Positions 56,037 to 64,000 of a stretch of DNA of 64,000 nucleotides are shown piece after piece. Below the pieces are notes generated by a model that saw nothing but the letters and a program-made list of their open reading frames with translations, was not told the origin of the DNA and made no database searches. How positions within the stretch are numbered: position 1 is the stretch's first letter; the number at the start of each line of letters is the position of its first letter. This DNA is from an uncultured bacterium (GTDB lineage Bacteria; Patescibacteriota; Minisyncoccia; Phycocordibacterales; DATDWN01), in assembly GCA_903861205.1 (NCBI GenBank), contig CAIOTC010000016.1, forward strand, positions 10,243 to 74,242, given 5' to 3'. A program made the translations under genes and the position numbers.

Positions 56037-56072
56037 GCCTTGGACGGCGAATGATTTTTTGTAAAAGAAAAA
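56037..56072. terminator. Rho-independent terminator after rpsA (atcattcgcc ttggac ggcgaatgat then a T-run), preceded by the multi-frame stop motif
   Basis: 10-bp perfect stem. The 5' A-tract could also let it act on the minus strand. Confidence 0.7.
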
Positions 56073-56128
56073 CGCAAGGACTGTCCATGCGAGTTTGAAA
56101 TTTTTCCGTCACTAGAATATTAATTCAT

Positions 56129-56190
56129 GTCATCCCCGCGAATACGGGGATCCAGTCCAAACTCTAGATTCCCGCATTCGCGGGAATGAC
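56129..56190. repeat. REP-like gtcattcccgcg family, locus 3
   Basis: gtcatccccgcgaatacggggatc (56129-56152) and gattcccgcattcgcgggaatgac (56167-56190). Confidence 0.75.
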
Positions 56191-56219
56191 AAAATCGCGC
56201 AAGTGGCTCGCCGAAATTT

Positions 56220-56573
56220 TTATTTTTTATCTTCCCAATATGGTTTAAAATATTCTTGTTCCTTTTTTATAAAAACATTAGCCTCATCTTCAGTTACAAA
56301 AGTTACACCATTGATTTGACCTGATCTGTGATAATAATTTACCTTTGCATATTGAACTGTACCATCACTTTCGGTGACTTTGACTACCGCATCATCGTCA
56401 CGACTAGTGCCAGTTTCTGGTTCCGTTCCTGTATCGTACACACACTCAATTTTATAATCACCTTGATCCTCTGGTTCACAATAATTGCCAACGATAACAC
56501 CTTCCAATAAAACTGATTTAATTTTAGCAAGATTTTCAGGTAACTTTTCTTCCTCTGATCCTTCAAAATTCAT
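56220..56573 (-). CDS. Acidic hypothetical protein (117 aa)
   Basis: No motif recognised. Confidence 0.35.
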   Translation of the reverse strand: MNFEGSEEEKLPENLAKIKSVLLEGVIVGNYCEPEDQGDYKIECVYDTGTEPETGTSRDDDAVVKVTESDGTVQYAKVNYYHRSGQINGVTFVTEDEANVFIKKEQEYFKPYWEDKK

Positions 56574-56633
56574 AGATTTATAATTAAGTATTAATAATTA
56601 TATTTTAACACCGACACAGATTTTTACAAACCA

Positions 56634-57248
56634 CTAGTTAAACTCTGTCATCGCTGAACCAAGACCAGATTCTACGAAAGTGGTTAGTGCTACGGAGACT
56701 TTTTTGGAAAGTTTTTTGAGGACCAACATTTCTTCGGGTTTGAATTTGCCGAGAATGACTTTCATCACTTTTTCCTCGCCTTGGGGTTTGCGAAGTTTGC
56801 CGGTGGGAGATGTCGGTGAAATGCCGATGCGAATGCGGGCGAATTTTTCGGTTTTGAGCGCTTTGATGATTGACTCGAGACCTTTGTGTCCACCAGATGA
56901 TTTGTTGAAAGAAATTTTGGATGAGCCGAATGGCAAATCCAAGTCGTCATAAACGACCACCAGTTTCTCCGCTGCTTTCTCCACCTTCTTTTTGTCCCAG
57001 GTGACACCTGGGACCAACAAGGGTTTGACTGATTTGCCGGAATTATTCATAAAAGTGTCGGGCAAAAGCAAGGTTGCCGAAGTTTTGCCGATTTTTACCT
57101 TGGCTGTTTGACCATTCAGCTTCTTGTCGTACTTCCACTCGGCTTTCATTTCCTTGGCGAAAAATTCTATCATCATTCGCCCGGTGTTATGACGCGTCCC
57201 AACGTATTCCTCGCCCGGATTGCCCAAACCAACAAAAATGTATGTCAT
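56634..57248 (-). CDS. pth: Peptidyl-tRNA hydrolase
   Basis: MTYIFVGLGNPGEEYVGTRHNTG, the canonical Pth N-terminal motif. Confidence 0.85.
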   Translation of the reverse strand: MTYIFVGLGNPGEEYVGTRHNTGRMMIEFFAKEMKAEWKYDKKLNGQTAKVKIGKTSATLLLPDTFMNNSGKSVKPLLVPGVTWDKKKVEKAAEKLVVVYDDLDLPFGSSKISFNKSSGGHKGLESIIKALKTEKFARIRIGISPTSPTGKLRKPQGEEKVMKVILGKFKPEEMLVLKKLSKKVSVALTTFVESGLGSAMTEFN

Positions 57249-57362
57249 CCTGATAGTAGAAAATGGCATCGCTCTTCGAGCGAAATGTCATTTCAATAAT
57301 TATTTTCTATTAATTTAAATTTGTTACATAACCACGTAGTCAATGTAATTAATGCCATTTTC

Positions 57363-57433
57363 ACTACGGGATGAACCCTGTAGTGAAGTTAGTGTCTTAT
57401 TTCCTGTGCGGTATTCCGCACAACACTAACTTC
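57363..57433. other. Nested perfect hairpins upstream of pth (cactacggg...ccctgtagtg; gaagttagtgt...acactaacttc enclosing tgtgcgg...ccgcaca)
   Basis: Stems of 10, 11 and 7 bp within 70 nt in an otherwise AT-rich spacer. Regulatory or terminator function is unresolved. Confidence 0.4.
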
Positions 57434-57502
57434 TACTACCGGGTCATATAATATATAGTATCAAAAACAATTTTTAAAAACAAAGCCGCCTATTTGAGAC
57501 GG

Positions 57503-57793
57503 CTAGTGAAAAATGATGTGAAAAGCGCAAACGCCTTTTTTGACTTCTCTCATCCCATGTTCGAGACACCTTAAATTCAATCTTCGAATTTCGGCCAGAG
57601 GCATTATTTTCAAAATAATTTCTATTTCACCGTACTCGGACAGACCAAACCCCCATTCACGCTGGTCGTCCGGAATGTTGGTAAGCCCGTTGGCCACCAC
57701 CCATCTTTTTTCCAATTTACCCTTATATTCAAAGCTAAGTTCGGCAAAAACCAGTTCAACTTTTCTTGTGCGTCTCATACAACTCTCCGACAA
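57503..57793 (-). CDS. Hypothetical protein (about 90 aa)
   Basis: No motif recognised. Confidence 0.3.
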   Translation of the reverse strand: MSESCMRRTRKVELVFAELSFEYKGKLEKRWVVANGLTNIPDDQREWGFGLSEYGEIEIILKIMPLAEIRRLNLRCLEHGMREVKKGVCAFHIIFH

Positions 57794-57855
57794 TAGAATA
57801 CCGCGAACCCCAAAACTGTCAACCCGTCCAAAAAAGTGGCACGACGATGTTTAAA

Positions 57856-57964
57856 AAAAATAAAAAATCTTGCTTGCTTGCATTTTTTCGGAGACTCCGG
57901 ACGCCGGCGGGCGGAGGCTTGAGGAATTTTTCAGCAGAAAAATATCCGTGCTCCGAAAAAATGC
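57856..57964. repeat. 26-bp perfect inverted repeat tcttgcttgcttgcattttttcggag / ctccgaaaaaatgcaagcaagcaaga separated by 57 bp
   Basis: Arms are at 57856-57881 and 57939-57964 with exact reverse-complementarity. The spacer contains a GC-rich ccggacgccggcgggcgg. It lies about 90 bp upstream of lepB. Confidence 0.7.
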
Positions 57965-58050
57965 AAGCAAGCAAGAAATTTTTTTTGAAAATCGTCATAC
58001 CACGCCAAACTCTATTGTGTCAAGCCAATCAATACTGTATACTTGATTTC

Positions 58051-58668
58051 ATGAATGACGAACAAATCATTGAACCTATTGCACAAAACGAGAAAAAACC
58101 AAGTGGACTGATGAGCTTGCTAAAGGAAGTTCTGATTTTTGCAGTCATCGCTTTTTGTATCATCCTACCCTTCCGCGCTTTTGTAGCCGAGCCTTACATC
58201 GTCTCCGGCGCTTCAATGGATCCGACGTTCGCTACCGGCCACTATCTCATTGTGGACAAAATTTCGCATGAGCTAGGCGCACAACTGCAGAGAAATTCCG
58301 TCGTTATTTTTCAATTTCCAAAAAGCGCCAATATTCCTTCCGAAGACGGCAAAAACCTGATAAAACGCGTTATCGGCCTGCCCGGCGACACCGTAATCGA
58401 GACCGGAAACACCGTCACCATCAAAAACGCGTCAAATCCCGACGGCTTCGTTTTGGACCAATCATACGTCACTCACCCGCTGCCGGGATCTTTTGCCATC
58501 ACACTGAAACCGGGCGAATATTTTGTCATGGGCGACAATCGCGCCGAAAGTTTTGACTCGCGAAGCTGGGGAGTTTTGCCATCAAGCGATGTTATCGGAC
58601 GGCCGATTCTGCGACTATGGCCGCTTTCGGAAATAGGAGTTTTGCCGGGACAGGACAATACAAAATAA
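58051..58668 (+). CDS. lepB: Signal peptidase I
   Basis: SGASMDPTF (Ser box), KRVIGLPGD, GDNRAESFDSR. The track ORF from TTG 57766 reads through the inverted repeat, so the start was trimmed to ATG 58051. Confidence 0.85.
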   Translation: MNDEQIIEPIAQNEKKPSGLMSLLKEVLIFAVIAFCIILPFRAFVAEPYIVSGASMDPTFATGHYLIVDKISHELGAQLQRNSVVIFQFPKSANIPSEDGKNLIKRVIGLPGDTVIETGNTVTIKNASNPDGFVLDQSYVTHPLPGSFAITLKPGEYFVMGDNRAESFDSRSWGVLPSSDVIGRPILRLWPLSEIGVLPGQDNTK

Positions 58669-58768
58669 TTTTTAATTTTTAATTTAAAATTTTTAATGAA
58701 TTTTCAATGTCAAATTTTTAAATTCAATAAAAATTCTAAATTTTAAATTTTAAATTTTTATATTTACA

Positions 58769-59968
58769 ATGCCCAAAATCTCGGAAAAGGAAAATCAAAA
58801 ACCCTACCTGGCTTGCGAGTGCGACAAAATCGGAGAAACCGCCATCAGTTACGGTTTTAGCGTTGTCACCGCTCCCCATATCGCGCCGGAAGACATTTCC
58901 AAAGCCAAGCAATTCAAAGAATTTGACATTTACGAAGATTGCGAGGAAAAAGTGGCCTTGATGAAATGGTTTGAGCAGAACAGCTTGGCCTCGGAACCTC
59001 TGCCAATGATGGTTCATTACAAAAAACCTCTCCACGGCAGCGCGGCCAAAAAGAAACCAAGTGAAGAAATGTATGGTTTTGAAATAATGGGAAGCACTCG
59101 CTCGACCTCCGAAGCCGTCCTCATCAAAACCGCGCTATCGCTCCTGTCCGACCTCGGTTATAAAGATTTGTATGTCGATATAAACAGCATGGGCGACAAA
59201 GAATCGATCGCCAAATTTGACCGCGAACTCGGAAGCTACTACCGCAAGCACGGTAGCGAATTGCCGGCCAAAATGCGAGAATCTTTCAAAAAAAATCCAT
59301 ATTTATTTTTGGCAAATAATTCTCCCGAGTCGGAAGTTTTCGTCCAAGGCGCTCCGCAAACCATCGCCACTTTGTCGGATTTGAGCCGAGCGCATTTCAA
59401 GGAAGTTTTGGAATATCTCGAATCGTTCGACTGCGTTTACAAAATCCGCCACAACCTATTGTCGAACAAAACTTTCGCCTCCGGAACAGTTTTTGAAATC
59501 AGACAGATGACCGAAAATCCAAAGGAAGATTCTTTGCTGGCCTACGGTTATCGCTACAACTACCTGGCCAAAAAAATCGGCGGCAAAAAAGACGTGCCAA
59601 GCGTCGGACTGACCGTCATCGTCAAAAAAACCGACATTGCCAGCAAAAAAGTTGTCATTAAAAAATTGAAAAAGCCGTGCCTGTATTTGGTCCAACTAGG
59701 GAGCACTGCTAAACTGAAAGCGCTCAATGTTGTTGAAACTTTGCGCAAAAATCGAATCACCATTTGCCACTCCATCACCAAGGACAAAATCGGCGGACAG
59801 CTTTCCGGCGCCGACTACATGCACGCCTCGCACTTGCTCATTATCGGACAAAAGGAAGCCATTGAAAACACTGTGGTCGTCCGCAACGCAGTGACCCGCG
59901 AACAAGAAACAGTTTGCGTTTCCGAGCTGGCTGAATTTTTGAAACAATTGGATAAGGGAACGAAGTGA
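58769..59968 (+). CDS. Histidyl-tRNA synthetase-like class II protein with anticodon-binding domain and degenerate motif 2
   Basis: HisRS-like motif 1 region (ISYGFSVVTAPHIAPE), motif 3-like YGYRYNYLAKKIGGKKDVPSVGL (cf. GGGRYDGL...PAVGF), and a C-terminal HGTP-anticodon-like domain. Motif 2 Arg residues are replaced: HYKKPLHGSAAKKKPSEEMYGFE where HisRS has fRYErPQ.GRyReFhQ. Confidence 0.45.
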   Translation: MPKISEKENQKPYLACECDKIGETAISYGFSVVTAPHIAPEDISKAKQFKEFDIYEDCEEKVALMKWFEQNSLASEPLPMMVHYKKPLHGSAAKKKPSEEMYGFEIMGSTRSTSEAVLIKTALSLLSDLGYKDLYVDINSMGDKESIAKFDRELGSYYRKHGSELPAKMRESFKKNPYLFLANNSPESEVFVQGAPQTIATLSDLSRAHFKEVLEYLESFDCVYKIRHNLLSNKTFASGTVFEIRQMTENPKEDSLLAYGYRYNYLAKKIGGKKDVPSVGLTVIVKKTDIASKKVVIKKLKKPCLYLVQLGSTAKLKALNVVETLRKNRITICHSITKDKIGGQLSGADYMHASHLLIIGQKEAIENTVVVRNAVTREQETVCVSELAEFLKQLDKGTK

Positions 59969-60016
59969 ACACTTATGCCGAGGTAAGGGCACACTTATGC
60001 AAAGCTAATTCGAGGC

Positions 60017-60053
60017 AAAAAAATAAAGCTCGCACATTTCTGTGCGAGTTTTT
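60017..60053. terminator. Rho-independent terminator (ctcgcaca tttc tgtgcgag then a T-run) after ORF 58769-59968
   Basis: 8-bp perfect stem with an A-tract upstream and a T-tract downstream. Confidence 0.7.
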
Positions 60054-60067
60054 CCACCGAAGCAGTC

Positions 60068-60373
60068 TCAGTTCTCAAATCTGAAAACCAAGTCTTTTGT
60101 GCAAACAGAATCTTTCTGTTGGGTTGCGCCTTTGGCAAACGGGATGGTAATTCCTGAAATTACATATACATCCCACGTGTCATGCCTGAGAGATTTTATA
60201 GGCAACGTTGCCAAAAACTCTGTCAGATTGTGACCGTCGCCAGATTGATTTTTTACGGCAGACCATCTGGCCGAACTATATTCAAAGTAGGCCCTCAATC
60301 CACTTTCAAACTGAATATACATTGGTTCTCCCAAAATAGCGTGCAAAGTTGCTTTTTGTTCAGCAATTCTCAT
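60068..60373 (-). CDS. Hypothetical protein (101 aa)
   Basis: No motif recognised. Confidence 0.3.
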   Translation of the reverse strand: MRIAEQKATLHAILGEPMYIQFESGLRAYFEYSSARWSAVKNQSGDGHNLTEFLATLPIKSLRHDTWDVYVISGITIPFAKGATQQKDSVCTKDLVFRFEN

Positions 60374-60459
60374 ATAAAGAACCTCCGCCAGTTATTATCC
60401 ACACTTTCGCTTCTCTGTCAATATCTCGCTTATTTTAAAAAAATGTTATTATATTTTAT

Positions 60460-62283
60460 ATGGAAACACAAAATTTAGAAAATCAGCGACACTCGCTTTC
60501 GCATCTCATGAGTATGGCGGTTTCCGAGCTGTACCCAAATGTCGGACTCGGTGTTGGACCAGTTATTGAAAACGGTTTTTATCAGGACTACGATTTGCCG
60601 GAAGTTATCACACCGGAAATTTTGCCGAAATTGGAAAAACGGATGAGAGAACTGATCAAAAAAGACATCAAATTCGAACAGCACGACATGAATTTTGACC
60701 AAGCGCTTGACCTTTACAAAAACGACCCATACAAAACAGAACTGGTGAACGACCTGAAAGCTCGTGGCGAGGAAAAAGTCAGTTTTTATAAATCAGGGAG
60801 TTTTGACAATCTATGCGCGGGTCCTCACGTCGAATCAACCAAAGAAATCGATCCAAACGCTTTCAAACTGACAACCATTGCTGGCGCATATTGGCGAGGC
60901 GATGAGAAAAACAAAATGCTCACTCGCATTTACGGTTTGGCTTTCGAGTCAAAGGAAAAGTTGGATGAATATATCACTCGACAGGAAGAGGCCAGAAAGC
61001 GCGACCACAGAGTTTTGGGTAAAGAACTTGGGCTTTTCGTGTTCTCCGACTTGGTGGGCAAAGGACTGCCAACATTTGGACCAAAAGGCGCCACAATCAA
61101 AAGAATACTGGAGCGCTTCACCATCGATGAAGAATTGAAGCGTGGTTATCATCATATCGTTACTCCAGACTTGGCTAAAGTTGATCTTTATAAAAAGTCC
61201 GGACACTACCCATACTACAAAGACACCATGTACCCTGTAATGAAAATTGACGAGGAAGAATTGATTCTCCGCCCGATGACTTGTCCCCACCATTTCATGT
61301 TCTACAAATCAGAGCCGCACAGCTATCGAGATTTGCCGTACCGCATAGGCGAAATCGCTCACCAATACCGCTACGAAAAAAGTGGCGAGCTGTCCGGACT
61401 GACTCGTGTCAGAATGTTTTGCCTGGCTGACGCTCACATTATCGCCGCAAAAGACCAGGCCAAACAAACGATTAAAGAAGTTCTCGAGTTGATTGATTTT
61501 ATAAACGAAACGCTTGGGTTGGTCAAAGGTGTCGATTACCGTTATCGCCTCTCGCTAGGTGATCTTTCCGACACAAAAAAATATTACAAGGATGACGCCT
61601 CGTGGAATTATGCCGAAAATGTTTTGCGTGAAGTTCTGACAGAAGTCAAAGCGCCATTCTATGAAGCCAGTAATGAAGCCGCTTTTTACGGTCCGAAAAT
61701 TGATATTCAAGTGAAAAAAGTTGATGGCAAAGAAGAAACCGCGTTCACTGTCCAATATGACTTTGTTATGCCAGAACGTTTTGATTTGTCATTCACTAAC
61801 AAAAATGGAGAGGAGGAAAAACCGATTGTCATTCACCGTTCTTCAATCGGCTGTCTGGAAAGAACGATGGCTTTCTTGATTGAGAAATACGCCGGGAATT
61901 TCCCTCTTTGGCTCTCGCCGGTGCAGGTCAAAGTCATTCCTGTGCGCGAAACGCACAACGAGTACGCGGAGAAAATTCATGACGCACTTTTGGAAGCCGG
62001 CGTGCGAAGCGAGTTCGACGATCGCGATCAAAACCTCGGCAAAAAAGTGCGCGAAACGAAAAACGAACACGTGCCATACTGGATTGTCATCGGCGATAAG
62101 GAGGTGGAGTCCGACACGGTTACTTTGGAATCCCGCGACGCCGGCCGAAGCGTTAGCGGAGGTGCATCAGATGAACAATCTGAAAGTAAGAAAGCAAACA
62201 AAAATAACAACGAGTCTGATGCCCAAATGAAATTATCTGAACTTTTGGAAAAATTAACTAAGGAAATCAAGGAGAAAAAGTAA
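60460..62283 (+). CDS. thrS: Threonyl-tRNA synthetase (no TGS domain; N-terminal editing-type domain present)
   Basis: RDHRVLGKELGLF, motif 2 HQYRYEKSGELSGLTRVRMF, motif 3 region, and a C-terminal anticodon-binding domain with an acidic/Lys-rich tail. Confidence 0.85.
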   Translation: METQNLENQRHSLSHLMSMAVSELYPNVGLGVGPVIENGFYQDYDLPEVITPEILPKLEKRMRELIKKDIKFEQHDMNFDQALDLYKNDPYKTELVNDLKARGEEKVSFYKSGSFDNLCAGPHVESTKEIDPNAFKLTTIAGAYWRGDEKNKMLTRIYGLAFESKEKLDEYITRQEEARKRDHRVLGKELGLFVFSDLVGKGLPTFGPKGATIKRILERFTIDEELKRGYHHIVTPDLAKVDLYKKSGHYPYYKDTMYPVMKIDEEELILRPMTCPHHFMFYKSEPHSYRDLPYRIGEIAHQYRYEKSGELSGLTRVRMFCLADAHIIAAKDQAKQTIKEVLELIDFINETLGLVKGVDYRYRLSLGDLSDTKKYYKDDASWNYAENVLREVLTEVKAPFYEASNEAAFYGPKIDIQVKKVDGKEETAFTVQYDFVMPERFDLSFTNKNGEEEKPIVIHRSSIGCLERTMAFLIEKYAGNFPLWLSPVQVKVIPVRETHNEYAEKIHDALLEAGVRSEFDDRDQNLGKKVRETKNEHVPYWIVIGDKEVESDTVTLESRDAGRSVSGGASDEQSESKKANKNNNESDAQMKLSELLEKLTKEIKEKK

Positions 62284-62284
62284 T

Positions 62285-62503
62285 ATGGAAATTTCATTCA
62301 CCCATCATGCAAAATATCGCATAATGGAAAGAAACATTTCTGTTTTGAACGTCAGACAAACAATCAAACATCCCGATAGTCAAAGAATAGACGAGTATGG
62401 TATGATAGTCGCGAGAAAGAAAATAGCTGGAAAACTTTTGGAAGTAGTTTATCGTATTAAAGGCAGTAAACGTATTGTAATAACCGCATATTATGAAAAT
62501 TGA
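62285..62503 (+). CDS. DUF4258-like small protein (putative toxin of a two-gene pair)
   Basis: FTHHAKYRIMERNISVLNVRQTI...VVYRIKGSKRIVITAYY fits the DUF4258 pattern. The start is 2 nt after the thrS stop. Confidence 0.45.
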   Translation: MEISFTHHAKYRIMERNISVLNVRQTIKHPDSQRIDEYGMIVARKKIAGKLLEVVYRIKGSKRIVITAYYEN

Positions 62504-62708
62504 ATATGACAAAACAGCAGACGCTGTCTACATAAGAATAAAAAAAGGGGTTGTTAAAAAAACAGCCCGTCTTTCAAACTTGATAAATGCTGATTTGGAT
62601 AAAAATGGCAAAGTACTGGGAGTGGAAATATTAAAGGCTTCTCTAAAACTTTCAAAAGATAAAAATCTAAAATCTATCTTGAGTATTCCAGTTTCCGTGA
62701 CTATTTAG
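62493..62708 (+). CDS. DUF2283-like small protein (partner of the DUF4258 gene)
   Basis: MKIEYDKTADAVYIRIKK...DLDKNGKVLGVEILKAS is the typical DUF2283 signature. Overlaps the upstream gene by 11 nt. Confidence 0.5.
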   Translation: MKIEYDKTADAVYIRIKKGVVKKTARLSNLINADLDKNGKVLGVEILKASLKLSKDKNLKSILSIPVSVTI

Positions 62709-62710
62709 TT

Positions 62711-64000
62711 TTAAATATCTAGTGTCGCTTTTGTTGCATTCGACTGAATGAAAGATTTTCGAGACGGCACGTCGGTGCCCATGAGCATGTCAAAAACTTT
62801 GTCAGCAGAAACGGTGTCCTCGATTGTCACTTGTTTCAAAATGCGTCGCGCCGGATCCATGGTCGTTTCCCACAGTTCATCGGCGTTCATTTCTCCGAGA
62901 CCTTTGTAGCGCTGAATCATCACTTTTGTAGTTTTCGGTTTGCCGGAAGCAGTATTCGGTGAATTTTCTTCCGTTTCTTCTTCATTCTCATTTTCGCTTT
63001 CTGAAACGGTCAGATCTTCTGTCTTGGTTTTATCGAGGCCATGTTTTTTCTTGAAAACTTCCATGTCGCCCTCGGTGTAAACATAGTGAATCTCCTTGCC
63101 CATTTTTATTTTGTAAAGCGGCGGTTGAGCGATGTAAATATAACCGGCATCCAAAATCGGTCGGAAAAATCTGTAGAACAGCGTCAAAATCAAAGTGCAA
63201 ATGTGCGCGCCGTCCACGTCGGCATCGGCCGCGATGATTATTTTGTGATAACGGATTTTGGACAGGTCGAATGTGTCGCCGATAGCTGTACCAAGCGCCA
63301 CTACGATATTTTTGATCTGCTCCGACTCGAGCATTCTATCCAGTCGCGCCCGTTCGATGTTCAAAATTTTTCCGCGCAGTGGCAGAATGGCTTGCGTTCG
63401 TCTGTCGCGTCCGGTCTTGGCCGTACCGCCGGCCGAATCTCCCTCCACAATAAACAGCTCCGATTCACTGGCAGATTTCGACTGGCAGTCGGCCAGCTTG
63501 CCGGGCAAGGTCATGCCCTCCAGCGCGCCTTTGCGCAAGACGGAATCCTTGGCCGCTTTGGCCGCTTTGCGAGCCTTGAGAGCTAGCACCACCTTGTTTA
63601 TGATTGCTTTGGCGTCGTCCGGATTTTCCTCCAAAAAGTAGTTGAACGCCTCGGAAAAAACCGTGTTGACGGAGGCCTGCGCCTCGACCGTACCGAGCTT
63701 GGCCTTGGTTTGGCCCTCGAATTGAATCTCCTGAAGTTTGACCGAAATAACCGCAGTCAGTCCCTCCAGCACGTCATCGCCGGTGAAGTTGTCCTCGCTT
63801 TCTTTGATCAAATTATTTTTTCGGCCATATGCGTTCAGCGTACGAGTCAGGGCCGTTTTGAAACCAGTGACATGCGTGCCACCTTCTGACGTGTAAATGT
63901 TATTGGCGAAAGGCAAGATGCGCGATGAAATGTCATCAACGTACTGAAGCGACACTTCGACCGATTCCCATTCGTTCGTTTTCTTTTCGATGTAAAAAAC
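62711..64000 (-). CDS. gyrB: DNA gyrase subunit B (partial; 5' part beyond window end)
   Basis: TOPRIM block LFIVEGDSAGGTAK, GKILNIERARLDRM, and the C-terminal tail domain. The frame is still open at 64000 (..VFYIEKKTNEWESVEVSLQYVDD). Confidence 0.85.
   Translation of the reverse strand, partial: VFYIEKKTNEWESVEVSLQYVDDISSRILPFANNIYTSEGGTHVTGFKTALTRTLNAYGRKNNLIKESEDNFTGDDVLEGLTAVISVKLQEIQFEGQTKAKLGTVEAQASVNTVFSEAFNYFLEENPDDAKAIINKVVLALKARKAAKAAKDSVLRKGALEGMTLPGKLADCQSKSASESELFIVEGDSAGGTAKTGRDRRTQAILPLRGKILNIERARLDRMLESEQIKNIVVALGTAIGDTFDLSKIRYHKIIIAADADVDGAHICTLILTLFYRFFRPILDAGYIYIAQPPLYKIKMGKEIHYVYTEGDMEVFKKKHGLDKTKTEDLTVSESENENEEETEENSPNTASGKPKTTKVMIQRYKGLGEMNADELWETTMDPARRILKQVTIEDTVSADKVFDMLMGTDVPSRKSFIQSNATKATLDI

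Overview
This 64-kb window reads as part of a small, AT-rich bacterial genome with many traits of Candidate Phyla Radiation (Patescibacteria)-type organisms. That placement is my inference from compact infB and rpsA genes, a PIF1 helicase, a dense family of small palindromic repeats and paralogous pilin-like proteins; nothing here was checked against a database. Core genes on the minus strand include partial dnaG, rpoC, rpoB, an MGMT-like alkyltransferase, a PIF1 helicase, ABC-2 exporter ATPase and permease genes, trmD, khpA, rpsP, an iscS-like cysteine desulfurase, gyrA carrying a 394-aa HNH intein, pth and partial gyrB. On the plus strand are infB, rbfA, rpsA, lepB, thrS, a degenerate HisRS-like protein and a DUF4258/DUF2283 pair. 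Accessory content is heavy. There is a tRNA cluster (Cys, Leu-TAA, Lys-CTT) with a free-standing LAGLIDADG endonuclease gene. A large serine recombinase overlaps tRNA-Lys and is followed by about 4 kb of phage-like genes. A translationally coupled defence island carries a DUF4143 ATPase, a DEDDh exonuclease, a zinc-ribbon protein, a type I RM system (hsdR, hsdM, hsdS), a nuclease-like 298-aa protein, a 1213-aa uncharacterised protein, a DUF2726 protein and TspO. Further on are an SPFH protein, a VirB1-like transglycosylase with six tandem VirB2/TrbC-like pilin paralogs, and a REP-flanked RAYT transposase. Several families of small palindromic repeats occur between genes, and three are inserted in-frame inside housekeeping genes (iscS, trmD) or supply the stop codon of the MGMT gene. 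The strongest candidate for an undescribed system is the three-gene module fused to the 3' end of the type I RM operon. All coordinates I derived by hand carry an uncertainty of a few nucleotides.
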